This document shows, piece after piece, positions 11,000 to 20,247 of a DNA stretch of 64,000 nt. Source of the stretch: Gemmatimonadota bacterium. GTDB lineage: Bacteria > JBHIER01 > G020348925. Below the pieces are notes generated by a model. The model was not told the DNA's origin. It was given only the letters and a program-made list of their open reading frames with translations, and ran no database searches. The stretch spans positions 1-64,000 of the forward strand of contig CP070758.1 of assembly GCA_020348925.1 (NCBI GenBank), written 5' to 3'. Within the stretch, counting starts at the first letter, position 1, and the number at the start of each line of letters is the position of its first letter. The position numbers were made by a program, and so were the translations under genes.

Positions 11000-12103
11000 A
11001 TGAAGGTAGCTGTTGACAAAATCACCCTGTTGATCCTACTGGGAATAATTGTAGTCACTACCATTGCAGTGGTAATTCTTCAATCTATTCGCCCGATGAT
11101 CACGGCTGAAATCAGAGTCACGTGCGAGCAGATCAATTTCGACACGCCAAGGCCTGAAGCCAATCACCCAAAAGTATCTCTCCTCAATTCCGGCTTGTGG
11201 ATAACCAAGGCCAAGGTCTCACAATTTGATCGGATTCTCTTCAAAGCTCCCCGTTCCATTCGAGCAACGGAACTGGCCCGCCTTTCCGACGGTACCCAAA
11301 TAGTGATTTCTCCAACTTCACCAAATGGCCACGTCACACTGAGCTCCTCTGAGGAAGCTTTTTCTCTCCGTGATGTCTTTATGGAATCAGCTGCCAGAAC
11401 TTCCTGGGGGGTACATAACACCAGCCAATACATTCTCATTCTAAACACCGAGGATCAAGATCAGGGAGAGCTATCAGCCTCTTTTTCCACAGGCGATAGC
11501 TTGCATTTCATACTATACAATTGTGCTTTTCTCAATCACAGGGGGGAAATGCTTTATCAGACCGAACAGGATGCTGAGGAGTCTTTTGCTTTTCCAGTCT
11601 CTTTCGGGCAAAGACAAGCGAACGTGGTGGCATATTCGGGTCAACTTGAACTTGAAATCGAGTCACAGCCTGAATCGTATGCGGAGAATATTGACGTGTT
11701 GAGAGAACTCCCTGTCAAGAATGTCGATTACTCAAAAAAGGAATACTCTCAGACTGGGGAGATAAGAGAGCGAAATACTATCGTAACAGGTGTCCTCAAG
11801 CGGCCCGCCTATAGCCTTGAAGATTCGGTAAAAATTCAAAAGGGAGATTTTATAACGGCGACGCCTGGTGAAGGATTTCTTGAAAGTCTAAGGGCGGACT
11901 CCAGCTCTCTTGTGGTGTCTATTAAATACGATGTGCGAAGCATGAAGATCGGGCCGTATCGCAATGCCGAACATGAGCTGGTCAGGTCGAAACTCGTTAC
12001 CCTCTGGAAAAACCAAACATTGATCATCATTTATACCGTTTCAATCGCTTTATTCAGCTTGATCACAAACTTCATTGTCAGGAGAAAAAAGGAGGAGGAT
12101 TGA
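11000..12103 (+). CDS. Hypothetical membrane protein (N- and C-terminal TM helices)
   Basis: 367-aa ORF in operon; hydrophobic termini followed by RRKK. Confidence 0.65.
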   Translation: MKVAVDKITLLILLGIIVVTTIAVVILQSIRPMITAEIRVTCEQINFDTPRPEANHPKVSLLNSGLWITKAKVSQFDRILFKAPRSIRATELARLSDGTQIVISPTSPNGHVTLSSSEEAFSLRDVFMESAARTSWGVHNTSQYILILNTEDQDQGELSASFSTGDSLHFILYNCAFLNHRGEMLYQTEQDAEESFAFPVSFGQRQANVVAYSGQLELEIESQPESYAENIDVLRELPVKNVDYSKKEYSQTGEIRERNTIVTGVLKRPAYSLEDSVKIQKGDFITATPGEGFLESLRADSSSLVVSIKYDVRSMKIGPYRNAEHELVRSKLVTLWKNQTLIIIYTVSIALFSLITNFIVRRKKEED

Positions 12104-12975
12104 TTCCCAGATATAATGTCGTGATGCTTTTAGCTGTATTTCTTATTGCAGTCAGCACAGGTATGGTATCCGGCGGTGAGGACTTTTCCAAGGTGTATGG
12201 AAAGGTAAATCAAGCAGTCGTTCTGATCGATTTTGAGGATAGAGCACGGGAGGTAGGTTCCGGAGTCATCATAGGGATTACGGTGGATGGCATCGCATTG
12301 ATTCTCACTGCCAATCATGTTGTACAGGGTTATGAGGAGGTTCTCGTATCCTTTGCAGGAATTTTAGGTCAACAATACAAGGGCATGGTCAGCCAAACTC
12401 TATTTGACGAGACGGATGATCTTGCAATCATTGAGGTTCTGGATCCCCCGTCTGATTTGAAAATCATCTCATTCAGAAAATCGGTTGCCAAAAAGGGCGA
12501 AAGTGTAGGGACTATAGGACATCCGCAGGAGAAAGCCTATACTTGGACGGATGGCTCCATAACGAATATTTTCGGTAAATATATCATGCACGACGCCGAA
12601 CTGAAAGTTGGGAGCTCCGGCGGCCCGCTTCTGGACAGATGTGGCCGCATGCTGGGGTTGAACGTGGAATTGATGCAGCCACCCGAAGAACCACTTGATA
12701 ATGAAACACAACCCACTGAGGATACTCCTGAAGTCGGCACCGGAGTGACAATCGCCTCGGGTTCCATTGTATCACTTATGGACGGCTGGCTCAGTGAAAT
12801 TTCACTTCAAGAGAAATCGAAGTTTAAGAAATATTGCTCGTTTTGGGAGAGGTTTTATAAGGATCTCCGGTATATAGGAACTGAGGTTGTCATTGCGGGT
12901 GGAATAATTTACTTGATATGGCCGAACGGCAACGGCCCGGACTCAATATTTGAACCACCACCAGACATACCTTGA
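12100..12975 (+). CDS. Trypsin-like (S1) serine protease with C-terminal TM
   Basis: LTANHV, DDLAI and GSSGGP catalytic-triad motifs; start overlaps upstream stop. Confidence 0.85.
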   Translation: MIPRYNVVMLLAVFLIAVSTGMVSGGEDFSKVYGKVNQAVVLIDFEDRAREVGSGVIIGITVDGIALILTANHVVQGYEEVLVSFAGILGQQYKGMVSQTLFDETDDLAIIEVLDPPSDLKIISFRKSVAKKGESVGTIGHPQEKAYTWTDGSITNIFGKYIMHDAELKVGSSGGPLLDRCGRMLGLNVELMQPPEEPLDNETQPTEDTPEVGTGVTIASGSIVSLMDGWLSEISLQEKSKFKKYCSFWERFYKDLRYIGTEVVIAGGIIYLIWPNGNGPDSIFEPPPDIP

Positions 12976-13425
12976 GAAAATGAATCTATAATAATAACTG
13001 CTATTAAACAATCAGTTGAAAGATGCTTAAAAAATGAAATCCATTAANNNNNNNNNNNNNNNNNNNNNNNNNNNNNNNNNNNNNNNNNNNNNNNNNNNNN
13101 NNNNNNNNNNNNNNNNNNNNNNNNNNNNNNNNNNNNNNNNNNNNNNNATTTGTCAGAGCTTATATGTTTCATTCATTTTGGAATCAGGCATACGGAATAA
13201 TTTTCTGTTTGCACATTGTTTTCTATAATTTTTGGTTGAAACATCTTATTCCACAAAGAAATTGAAAGTGCAAAATTTTTGGATATTATGCATTTTTTGA
13301 GGATGAGTCGAAAAATTATTCTGAAAAGTCCATGTTATCAAAGAAAATATGCGCTTTCACATTATTACAATAGTTGTATATTTCGTACAAAATTGACACA
13401 ATTCACATATAAACTCTGACAAATA

Positions 13426-13489
13426 TTTTAACATCTGAGATCCGTTGTGCGAACCTGGAGCTCACATCGACAGGATCGGCTGGTTAGGT
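13426..13489 (-). other. attC-like integron recombination site
   Basis: Minus strand: ACCTAAC-cagcc-GATCC(t)GTCG(a)TGTGA...TCGCA CAAC GGATC-tcagat-GTTAAAA. 64 bp, R''/R' boxes, 5/6-bp spacers, two extrahelical bases on the left arm. Confidence 0.55.
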
Positions 13490-13579
13490 TGTTCTGCGTT
13501 GAGTTGTGCAATATTAATTCCTTCCACAGAAAACCTACGAGCTACCCAGCGGTAGTTCTTCTTACCTGTGGATGCTGTG

Positions 13580-14098
13580 TCAGTTGGATGTTTTTTCTCC
13601 TCTCTCCAGACGTGATATGGGAATTATCTTGAAGTCTTCAAAGGAAACGCTACCGGGGAAATGGAACTTAAATTTCGCATTCATAATACCAGCAACTTCC
13701 ATTCCTTCAATTACTTTACAGTCGGTTGATTCGACCGAATCACGTACAGTTTCGGTCGCAGACTGGCAACCCAAAACTATCACAGCTTCATGTTGTTTTG
13801 CATATTTCTGCAGCTTTTTACGTCGTCCTGAAGTCCACACGCAAAGGAACCAATGATGATATAGTCTGCTCTTAAAAACTTTTGTATTCACTCCCCTTTC
13901 TCTTAATCGAAATTGAAGCGTTTTGATGTATTGTTCGAGAGGAACTGATTTCAGGAAACTCCTGAAAAATTGAATGAAAGGTTTTTCTTCTCTCGCGGCA
14001 ACAGTCGCTGCAGGACACATAATACATGGAACGATCAAGGCCGAATTCAATCCTGAAACTTCAGAAAGCACATCCAAGTCTTTAAAATGAATTGGCAT
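13580..14098 (-). CDS. Hypothetical protein with CxxC...C...C, possibly metal/Fe-S binding
   Basis: RBS gaagggag; LIVPCIMC, FLC, AVIVLGC motifs. Confidence 0.6.
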   Translation of the reverse strand: MPIHFKDLDVLSEVSGLNSALIVPCIMCPAATVAAREEKPFIQFFRSFLKSVPLEQYIKTLQFRLRERGVNTKVFKSRLYHHWFLCVWTSGRRKKLQKYAKQHEAVIVLGCQSATETVRDSVESTDCKVIEGMEVAGIMNAKFKFHFPGSVSFEDFKIIPISRLERGEKTSN

Positions 14099-14214
14099 CT
14101 CTCCCTTCTCCTCTTTTCAATGTTCTTCAGATCCAAACGGTTGCATTGAGGTGCGGAGCGTTTTTTATGCCGTCGTCTATAGAACGCATGGTTATACCAT
14201 AACCCCATTAACTA

Positions 14215-14502
14215 TTAACTCAAGATGTCCTTCTTCATCTGTTCAAATTCCTCTTTTGTGATCTCTCCTTTCGCATATCTCTTTTTCAGTATATCTAACG
14301 CTGATTCCGTTTCTCCATCTTCTCTGTGGTGTTCTGTCGAGCTCCACCACGGTGGTTTACAGTCTTCAGGGCCCCACCAGGGTGACCTGCGGCTCCCTCG
14401 TCCGAAAAATACGAAACAGAAAATGATCATTACTACAAACATAATCATAGGGATAATCCACATTCCACCCCAATGCCACATCCATGGTTGTTCTGGAGTC
14501 AT
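14215..14502 (-). CDS. SHOCT-domain membrane protein
   Basis: Start at 14502 (RBS ggaga); TM helix; C-terminal ALDILKKRYAKGEITKEEFEQMK. Confidence 0.85.
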   Translation of the reverse strand: MTPEQPWMWHWGGMWIIPMIMFVVMIIFCFVFFGRGSRRSPWWGPEDCKPPWWSSTEHHREDGETESALDILKKRYAKGEITKEEFEQMKKDILS

Positions 14503-14750
14503 TGTTGTTTTCTCCGTATCGATTAAAACATCGTGAAACAGTGCTGTACTACTCGCGACTAAGAGGCTTGGAAACCTGAAGTTTTCATCTACCAAGTTGC
14601 CTCAACATGTTGAAATTATTGATGACATCAGGTGGCTATAACCACATCCGATTCAAAGCGCTGGTTAGATAACAATGATAAAGCCATGTATAATATGTCA
14701 AATGTAATAGCAATTATGAGACATTATTTGCGCCGTGGAGAAAAAGTGTA

Positions 14751-14782
14751 AACATAAAGATGCCTCCGGCATCCATATCGTT
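14751..14782 (-). promoter_or_regulatory. Putative bacterial SECIS for the C-terminal Sec
   Basis: GAUGCC-GGA-GGCAUC hairpin, loop 19 nt after UGA, with an imperfect lower stem; lies mostly in the 3' UTR. Confidence 0.65.
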
Positions 14783-15188
14783 AACCTCATCCATACCAAG
14801 CTTTTTCATCCATTTCCACTTGTAAACCTGCTAATAACTTATTGAATCCACTGAATAAATCAACGACTGCCATCAATTCGAGAACGCCTTCGTCATCCAA
14901 TCCTAATTTCCGCACCGCGGAAGTGTGGACCGTAATTCAGTACTCACATCCCATTACTGCTGATACGGCCACTGCAATGATTTCCTTTGTCAGTCTGTCA
15001 AGCTTTCCTCCTTTATGCATGATGGTCATCGTTTTGTTCCAGGTTGCCTCAAGATAGTCTGGATTATGAGCCATCACTTTGTACATATTAGGAACAAAAT
15101 CGATTCCAAGCGTATGCCTGATCTCCTTGAAAATATCTTTAATCTTGCCCGTTGCCTCCTCTTCATTGATCATTTCAATTGATGCCAT
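14781..15188 (-). CDS. AhpD/carboxymuconolactone decarboxylase (CMD) family selenoprotein with two predicted Sec (135 aa)
   Basis: KEIIAVAVSAVMGCEY-TGA(14937-39)-ITVHTSAVRKLGLDDEGVLELMAVVDLFSGFNKLLAGLQVEMDEKAWYG-TGA(14787-89)-G-TAA. The frame continues as a normal CMD helix pair past the first TGA. Confidence 0.85.
14900..14930 (-). promoter_or_regulatory. Putative bacterial SECIS for the CEYU Sec
   Basis: UUCCGC-GGU-GCGGAA hairpin, loop 20 nt after UGA, lower stem GUCC/GGAU. Confidence 0.75.
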
Positions 15189-15271
15189 ATTTTCTCTCCT
15201 CCACTATGCTAGTATTCATTAGATTTCTGTCAATCGTATCATAAGACTTTTGCATTTGCATAAATTCAATC

Positions 15272-16525
15272 TCAAGTTTTGATTTGTTCATCCAGATCAG
15301 TTGGCAGGATAACCGTGAACGTACTACCTTTACCAATCTCACTTTCTACTTTTATTTCTCCTCTATGCTTCTGAATAATGTTGTAACTTGTGAATAATCC
15401 GATTCCAGCCTTCACCCGTGATCCCTTTTTTGAGAAACTTGGATCGAATAATTTCTGAATTCGTCCGGGTGAAATACCAATTCCTGTGTCAGCAATTTGC
15501 ACACATACCTTACTATTTTCATGAACCGTACGGATTGTGATTGTACCCTTTTTCTCGATTGCCTGAACCGCATTCATCAACAGGTTCATAAATACTTGGT
15601 TTATCTCTCCGGAATGACAGGCTATCTCTGGAATATCTCCATACTCTTTTGCAATATTTATATGATCTTTGAGTTCGTGTTCAAGCAAGGTCAATATGCT
15701 TTCCAGACTATTATGTACATCGGTTTTCTGAAACGATGTTTCATCCAACCTGGAGAAACTTTTCAAGCTATTAATAATTGTTGTTATGCGTTCAGTTGCA
15801 GCTGTGGTTGCAGGGCTTGCTGCTTTAAGAGCCTGCAGTGAATTTTGAAGTTGTTTGTTGTTTTTAACTTCATTATGAAATTGTCCTTTATTCATTATTT
15901 CTAAGATATTATTAACAGAGCGATTGGATATATCCGTTACACTATTGATGGTTCCGATAGGGGTGTTTATCTCGTGAACAACACCGGCAACCAATTTTCC
16001 AAGGGCTGCCATTTTTTCCGACTGCACCAGTTTTGCCTGAGTCAGCTGCAATTCTTCGAGTAGTTGTTGCAGTCTATTTTTCTCTTCCTTCAATTTGGCA
16101 ATTTTATCCACATGATTGGCCGCTTCTCCTTTGATGAGAAGCGCGCTGTCTAAAACAGATTTTATTTCATCTTCTGCAATGCCTACAGACCGAGATGCAG
16201 CAATATGTTTAACTAGATTTGAGGTACAATTAACCGCAAAGGCAGCAGCAACGGAAACCAATTCACTGATGCGCGTCGTGCTCTCCGTCTGTACCTCTCG
16301 TGTAATACCGGTTTTTCCTCCTAAATGCTTAAGGCCATGGTCTTCCATTATTGCCTCGGCATTCTTACGCACTGATAGGGCATCCGAAATTGCTTGTTTT
16401 ATTTCGTCTTCTGAAGCACCTGCTTCACGCACTTTTTCAAAGTGATGATCTATTCAGGGCTTACAACCAGCGGCAACGGATGTTCCAATATTAACCAATT
16501 CTTTTTCTTTGGAAGTCAGTGGCAT
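15272..16525 (-). CDS. Cytoplasmic sensor histidine kinase with N-terminal tandem CMD/AhpD-like domains and predicted Sec (417 aa)
   Basis: RBS aaggag then ATG 16525: MPLTSKEKELVNIGTSVAAGCKP-TGA(16454-56)-IDHHFEKVREAGASEDEI. Second CMD repeat ELVSVAAAFAVNC; HisKA QSEKMAALG...HEINTP; HATPase N/G1/G2 boxes; no TM helix. Confidence 0.8.
16412..16448 (-). promoter_or_regulatory. Candidate SECIS hairpins for the kinase Sec
   Basis: UCAU-CACUUU-GAA-AAAGUG-c-GUGA (loop 15 nt after UGA), or alternatively UGAAGC-AGGU-GCUUCA (loop 32 nt after UGA). Confidence 0.45.
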
Positions 16526-16754
16526 AACTCACTCCTTGTATCAAAAATAATATGAGTTGTTCGCATAAAGTTATAAATTCATACTGTTTTTTACAAAAGA
16601 TTTTTCACTATTCTTCTTATTTACTTTGATTTCTGAATTGCTGGGGAAATCTATTAATATTGTTCGATATCTGGCACTGAATACTATCTTTGATATTACA
16701 CATTTTGAGGATTATTACTGATGCCGCAGAGAAATTATTTTCTGCATGGATGTC

Positions 16755-17417
16755 TTATTCTGTTAGTCTTCCCTCTACTAATTGCAGTTTTCTTTGAGCA
16801 TCATCCGCTACACCTGGATTATGAGTTACCATAACCACGGTAATCCCTTCCTTGTTCAACGACTTTAGGTAGCTCACTGTTTCAACGGTTGTAGAGGGGT
16901 CTAAATTGCCTGTAGGCTCATCCGCCATAATTATCCGTGGATTATTGGCCAGGGCCCTCGCAATGGATACCCTTTGCTGTTGCCCGATGCTTAGTTCGTA
17001 AGGTTTATGGCCAAGCCTGTCCCCCAGGCCCAACTTTGCCAGCAGTTCTAACGCTCTTTCTTTTTGCCCGCCATCTGAGATTCCGTCTAAGGACAGGGGA
17101 ATCTGAACATTCTCCAGGGCGGTCAAATAGGGAATTAAATTGAAGGTCTGAAAAACGAATCCAAGATTTTTCAATCGAAAACTTGCTCGTTTCTTGACAT
17201 TCATATCATAGATAGAGATCCCATCTATGGTTACACTTCCCCCGGAAGGGTGTATCAATCCACCCAGGCACAAGAGCAATGTTGTCTTCCCGGAACCTGA
17301 TGGTCCCACTATTGAAACGAATTCTCCTTCCTTAATGGACAATGAAACGTCATTTAAAGCAGTTACAGAATTCGCCTTACCGTTAAAAATCTTTGAGAGC
17401 TTCTCAGTCTGTATCAT
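16755..17417 (-). CDS. ABC transporter ATP-binding protein (LolD/MacB-like)
   Basis: GPSGSGKT, GFVFQTFNL, LSIGQQQR, ADEPTGNLD, VTH. Confidence 0.95.
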   Translation of the reverse strand: MIQTEKLSKIFNGKANSVTALNDVSLSIKEGEFVSIVGPSGSGKTTLLLCLGGLIHPSGGSVTIDGISIYDMNVKKRASFRLKNLGFVFQTFNLIPYLTALENVQIPLSLDGISDGGQKERALELLAKLGLGDRLGHKPYELSIGQQQRVSIARALANNPRIIMADEPTGNLDPSTTVETVSYLKSLNKEGITVVMVTHNPGVADDAQRKLQLVEGRLTE

Positions 17418-18644
17418 TTATGTCTCCTGTAATATTAAAGCGGGGTCCATCTTGGCTGCTTTTCTGGCTGGCAGATACGATGCAAGTATGCTGATTCCAA
17501 CAGCCAAAAGCATCGACCATATGAAAAGTATTGGAATGGGCAACACTTTGACGCCTGCTATCTGAGGTCCCAGAATCATACCGGCCAAACTGCCAAAGAC
17601 GTAACCGGCAACCCCACCGATCAACCCCAGGATCAAGGCCTTTCCAATAAATATGTAATAGATGTCCCCGGGAGATGCACCTATGGCCAACAGAGAACCG
17701 ATCTCTTTTTTTCGCTCCTCCACATTCGACCACATATAGTTGCCTATGGATATCCCGCCTACCAGAATGATAATGATCAGGAAAATGATGGAGAATTTCG
17801 CCATGGTTTCATTGGTCTCCACCTGAGTCTGCACGATATGATTGATCGTAGTGATTTTCGTATCAGGCAGAATGTTTCTCAGGTTTCCCAAGAGACCTTC
17901 GGTGATAGCTGAACAACAGCCCATAATTTCTATGGCATTGATCACTTTTTCCTTTCCAAGGATCTTTTGGGCGGTATGAAGATGAACAAAGATGCGACCA
18001 TCATCCACAGTTCCGGTCTGAGGGAGTATCTCTGCTACCTTGAGTTTGGTCCCTCTGATTTGAATCCCAGAGTCTTTATCCACGTCCAATTGTGACGCCA
18101 CATCGCTTCCTATCAGACAGTCGTTGACACCCAGTGAATCAATGGATTTCCTCTGAAGTCTTGGATCTTCAAAGCCATGACTTCGATTCACAATGTTGTT
18201 CGGATCGCAGGCAGCCATTAAACCGGGGTCGGAAAAACCGACCGTTTGCCAGATGGGCTTTGAGGCCAGCTCATTCTTTGGAAGGATCCCGGTCAACACT
18301 AAGGAATAATCCTCAACAAAAATGCGCGCAGACAATTTGGGAGACATATTGTCCACTCCCTGAATCGTGGAACTGGCTATCCGCTCGACATATTCTTCGG
18401 GCATCTCCGGGGCGTTGATGTCAGCCGCGTAGTAGTTATCTATGGTTGTGGTTTGTGGTAAAACCAGGATATTGGCCCCCAGATTGTCCAGTTGAATGGC
18501 TACCGCCTTCTCCGAGGAATTGGACACCGATTTGACAGCAACGATAACAATGATCCCCAACAGAATGGCGATGAAACTGGTGATAAATTGCTTTTTCCTC
18601 TCCAGAAGTTCTTTCAGAATGATTTTTCCCAGATTCATTTTCAT
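17418..18644 (-). CDS. ABC permease, MacB/FtsX family
   Basis: TM + LGAN periplasmic domain; ERKKEIGSLLAIGA; PARKAAKMDP; contains GCCSA. Confidence 0.9.
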   Translation of the reverse strand: MKMNLGKIILKELLERKKQFITSFIAILLGIIVIVAVKSVSNSSEKAVAIQLDNLGANILVLPQTTTIDNYYAADINAPEMPEEYVERIASSTIQGVDNMSPKLSARIFVEDYSLVLTGILPKNELASKPIWQTVGFSDPGLMAACDPNNIVNRSHGFEDPRLQRKSIDSLGVNDCLIGSDVASQLDVDKDSGIQIRGTKLKVAEILPQTGTVDDGRIFVHLHTAQKILGKEKVINAIEIMGCCSAITEGLLGNLRNILPDTKITTINHIVQTQVETNETMAKFSIIFLIIIILVGGISIGNYMWSNVEERKKEIGSLLAIGASPGDIYYIFIGKALILGLIGGVAGYVFGSLAGMILGPQIAGVKVLPIPILFIWSMLLAVGISILASYLPARKAAKMDPALILQET

Positions 18645-18650
18645 TCTCCC

Positions 18651-19541
18651 CTAAGGCGTGCTTTTTTGTGCCTGGTTCGTGTTTGATTTCGTGGGTCCAC
18701 AGGTTTTCCCACTGCCTGGAGGACAAAATCCACTGCGCGTGACTCTGGTTGCAGCGGCCACCAGATCATCGACCTGTACTCCCCCCTCATACTTTCCAGT
18801 CACTTGCCCTTGAGGATTTAACACATAGGTGATCGGTTCAGCAGCGAGAGGATTGATCTTCAGATCTTTGATGAATCCGGCCTCTTCAGGATCGTTCATG
18901 TCAACGCTAATATATTCGGCTTTCCCTGCAAGTTTGCTTTCGGCTTGAGAGCAACAACCCCGAATCTCTTTGCAAGATGGCATATCACCATCACAAAAGC
19001 ACAGGATGACACCTTTCTTTTGCTGGATATACTTCAGAGCTTCTTCTTTCTTGGGTGACGGAAAAGCCTGTTCGATTTCCTCTACTGTGGCTACCTTTGT
19101 TAATGCTGATACTATTAAACCACTGGGCGCAGTGAGAAGCGTTAATGGAACCGAAGCGCTCTGAGTCCGCATTGATCTTACAATATCTCTATTCATCGGA
19201 TCTTTTCTGTCGATTTTGATGATCTCAATATCTTTCTTTGTCTTTTGCGCAAACGCATCCAGGTTTGTTGTCATGATCTCACAATCCGCATTTCCGGTTT
19301 CATAGAACAGCACGTAGGCATACTTGCCAGTTGAATGCGCTCGCGTCAGCTTCTGTGAGGCTTCGGAAGGCTGTCGTTGTTCCGGAATCTGTCTGGAAGA
19401 TTGCACAGGCTGTGAAACCGTTTCTTTTGCCTGCACACTGCTTACTTCCTGGTCCTTGCAGCCACTGCCGAAAATGATCATCCCGAAAGCCACAACGCCG
19501 AAGATGCCGAAAGCCCATCTGCTCTTAACTACACGAAACAT
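18651..19541 (-). CDS. Putative lipoprotein with two thioredoxin-like folds and a Cys-containing tail
   Basis: Lipobox-like FGSGC; YVLFYETGNADC and ILCFCDGDMPSC segments; tail SGFCPPGSGKTCG. Confidence 0.6.
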   Translation of the reverse strand: MFRVVKSRWAFGIFGVVAFGMIIFGSGCKDQEVSSVQAKETVSQPVQSSRQIPEQRQPSEASQKLTRAHSTGKYAYVLFYETGNADCEIMTTNLDAFAQKTKKDIEIIKIDRKDPMNRDIVRSMRTQSASVPLTLLTAPSGLIVSALTKVATVEEIEQAFPSPKKEEALKYIQQKKGVILCFCDGDMPSCKEIRGCCSQAESKLAGKAEYISVDMNDPEEAGFIKDLKINPLAAEPITYVLNPQGQVTGKYEGGVQVDDLVAAATRVTRSGFCPPGSGKTCGPTKSNTNQAQKSTP

Positions 19542-19619
19542 TTTATGCTCCTTTCTATTGCATTAATACCCATACAGTGTTGAGCTGTTCATGATATTTA
19601 TTCAAATCACGAAACACGA

Positions 19620-20027
19620 TCATACTTTGTTGTAACTTATACCGGAACACTCTACTTTTTGTCTGTTCGCAAAACCAACCACGCATGTATCACCATCTCT
19701 CAGCTTCATTCTCTGCCTCAGTCTCTCTGCATCCAAAAGAAATACAGAATCAGACAGTTGCTCCTTCAACAACTGAAAAAGTTGATTATTGAAGGAGGAG
19801 CTTTCTTTCAAAGGCGAATAATAGACCCAGGTGCCTCTTCTTTCACCTTCTACCAAGTTTGCGTTTTTCAGAATATTCAGGTGCTTTGACACCTGATACT
19901 GAGGTAATTCCAGAGCATCCACAAATTCGCATACACAAATCTGGCGATCGGTAATTGTCAATAACCTCATAATTCTCAATCTTGTCTCGTCAGACAATGC
20001 CTTGAAGATCTCTGTATAATTGTTCAT
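19620..20027 (-). CDS. ArsR/SmtB family transcriptional repressor
   Basis: FKALSDETRLRI, ICVCEF, VSKHL, RRGTWVYY; start moved to ATG 20027. Confidence 0.9.
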   Translation of the reverse strand: MNNYTEIFKALSDETRLRIMRLLTITDRQICVCEFVDALELPQYQVSKHLNILKNANLVEGERRGTWVYYSPLKESSSFNNQLFQLLKEQLSDSVFLLDAERLRQRMKLRDGDTCVVGFANRQKVECSGISYNKV

Positions 20028-20050
20028 AATACCCTTAACTCCTATATGCC

Positions 20051-20099
20051 TGTATGCCGAAATGGGCATATAATATATTCCATAATTATCTCCTGTCAA
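20051..20099 (-). promoter_or_regulatory. Sigma70 promoter overlapped by a probable ArsR operator
   Basis: TTGACA (20094-99)-N18-TATTAT (20070-75); palindrome TATGCC-N6-GGCATA immediately downstream of the -10 box. Confidence 0.6.
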
Positions 20100-20247
20100 G
20101 TTATTTTTACCTTCAGAATATTTCACCATTAAAAGAATAGAATAACCCAGGCAAACATCTTTTTTGCATACGAATCAAAGCATACCTATCTGTAACTCCA
20201 ATTGCGTTGAATGTACTCGATGGAGCTATTTATAGGTGGATCTTGAT

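Noticed and set aside
14781-16525. Genome-wide TGA reassignment (code 4/25) as the explanation for the in-frame TGAs
   Set aside because: Many full-length conserved genes here end at TGA (accD, folC, tsaE, tsaB, porX-like). The readthrough TGAs sit at Cys-equivalent or tail positions with hairpins.
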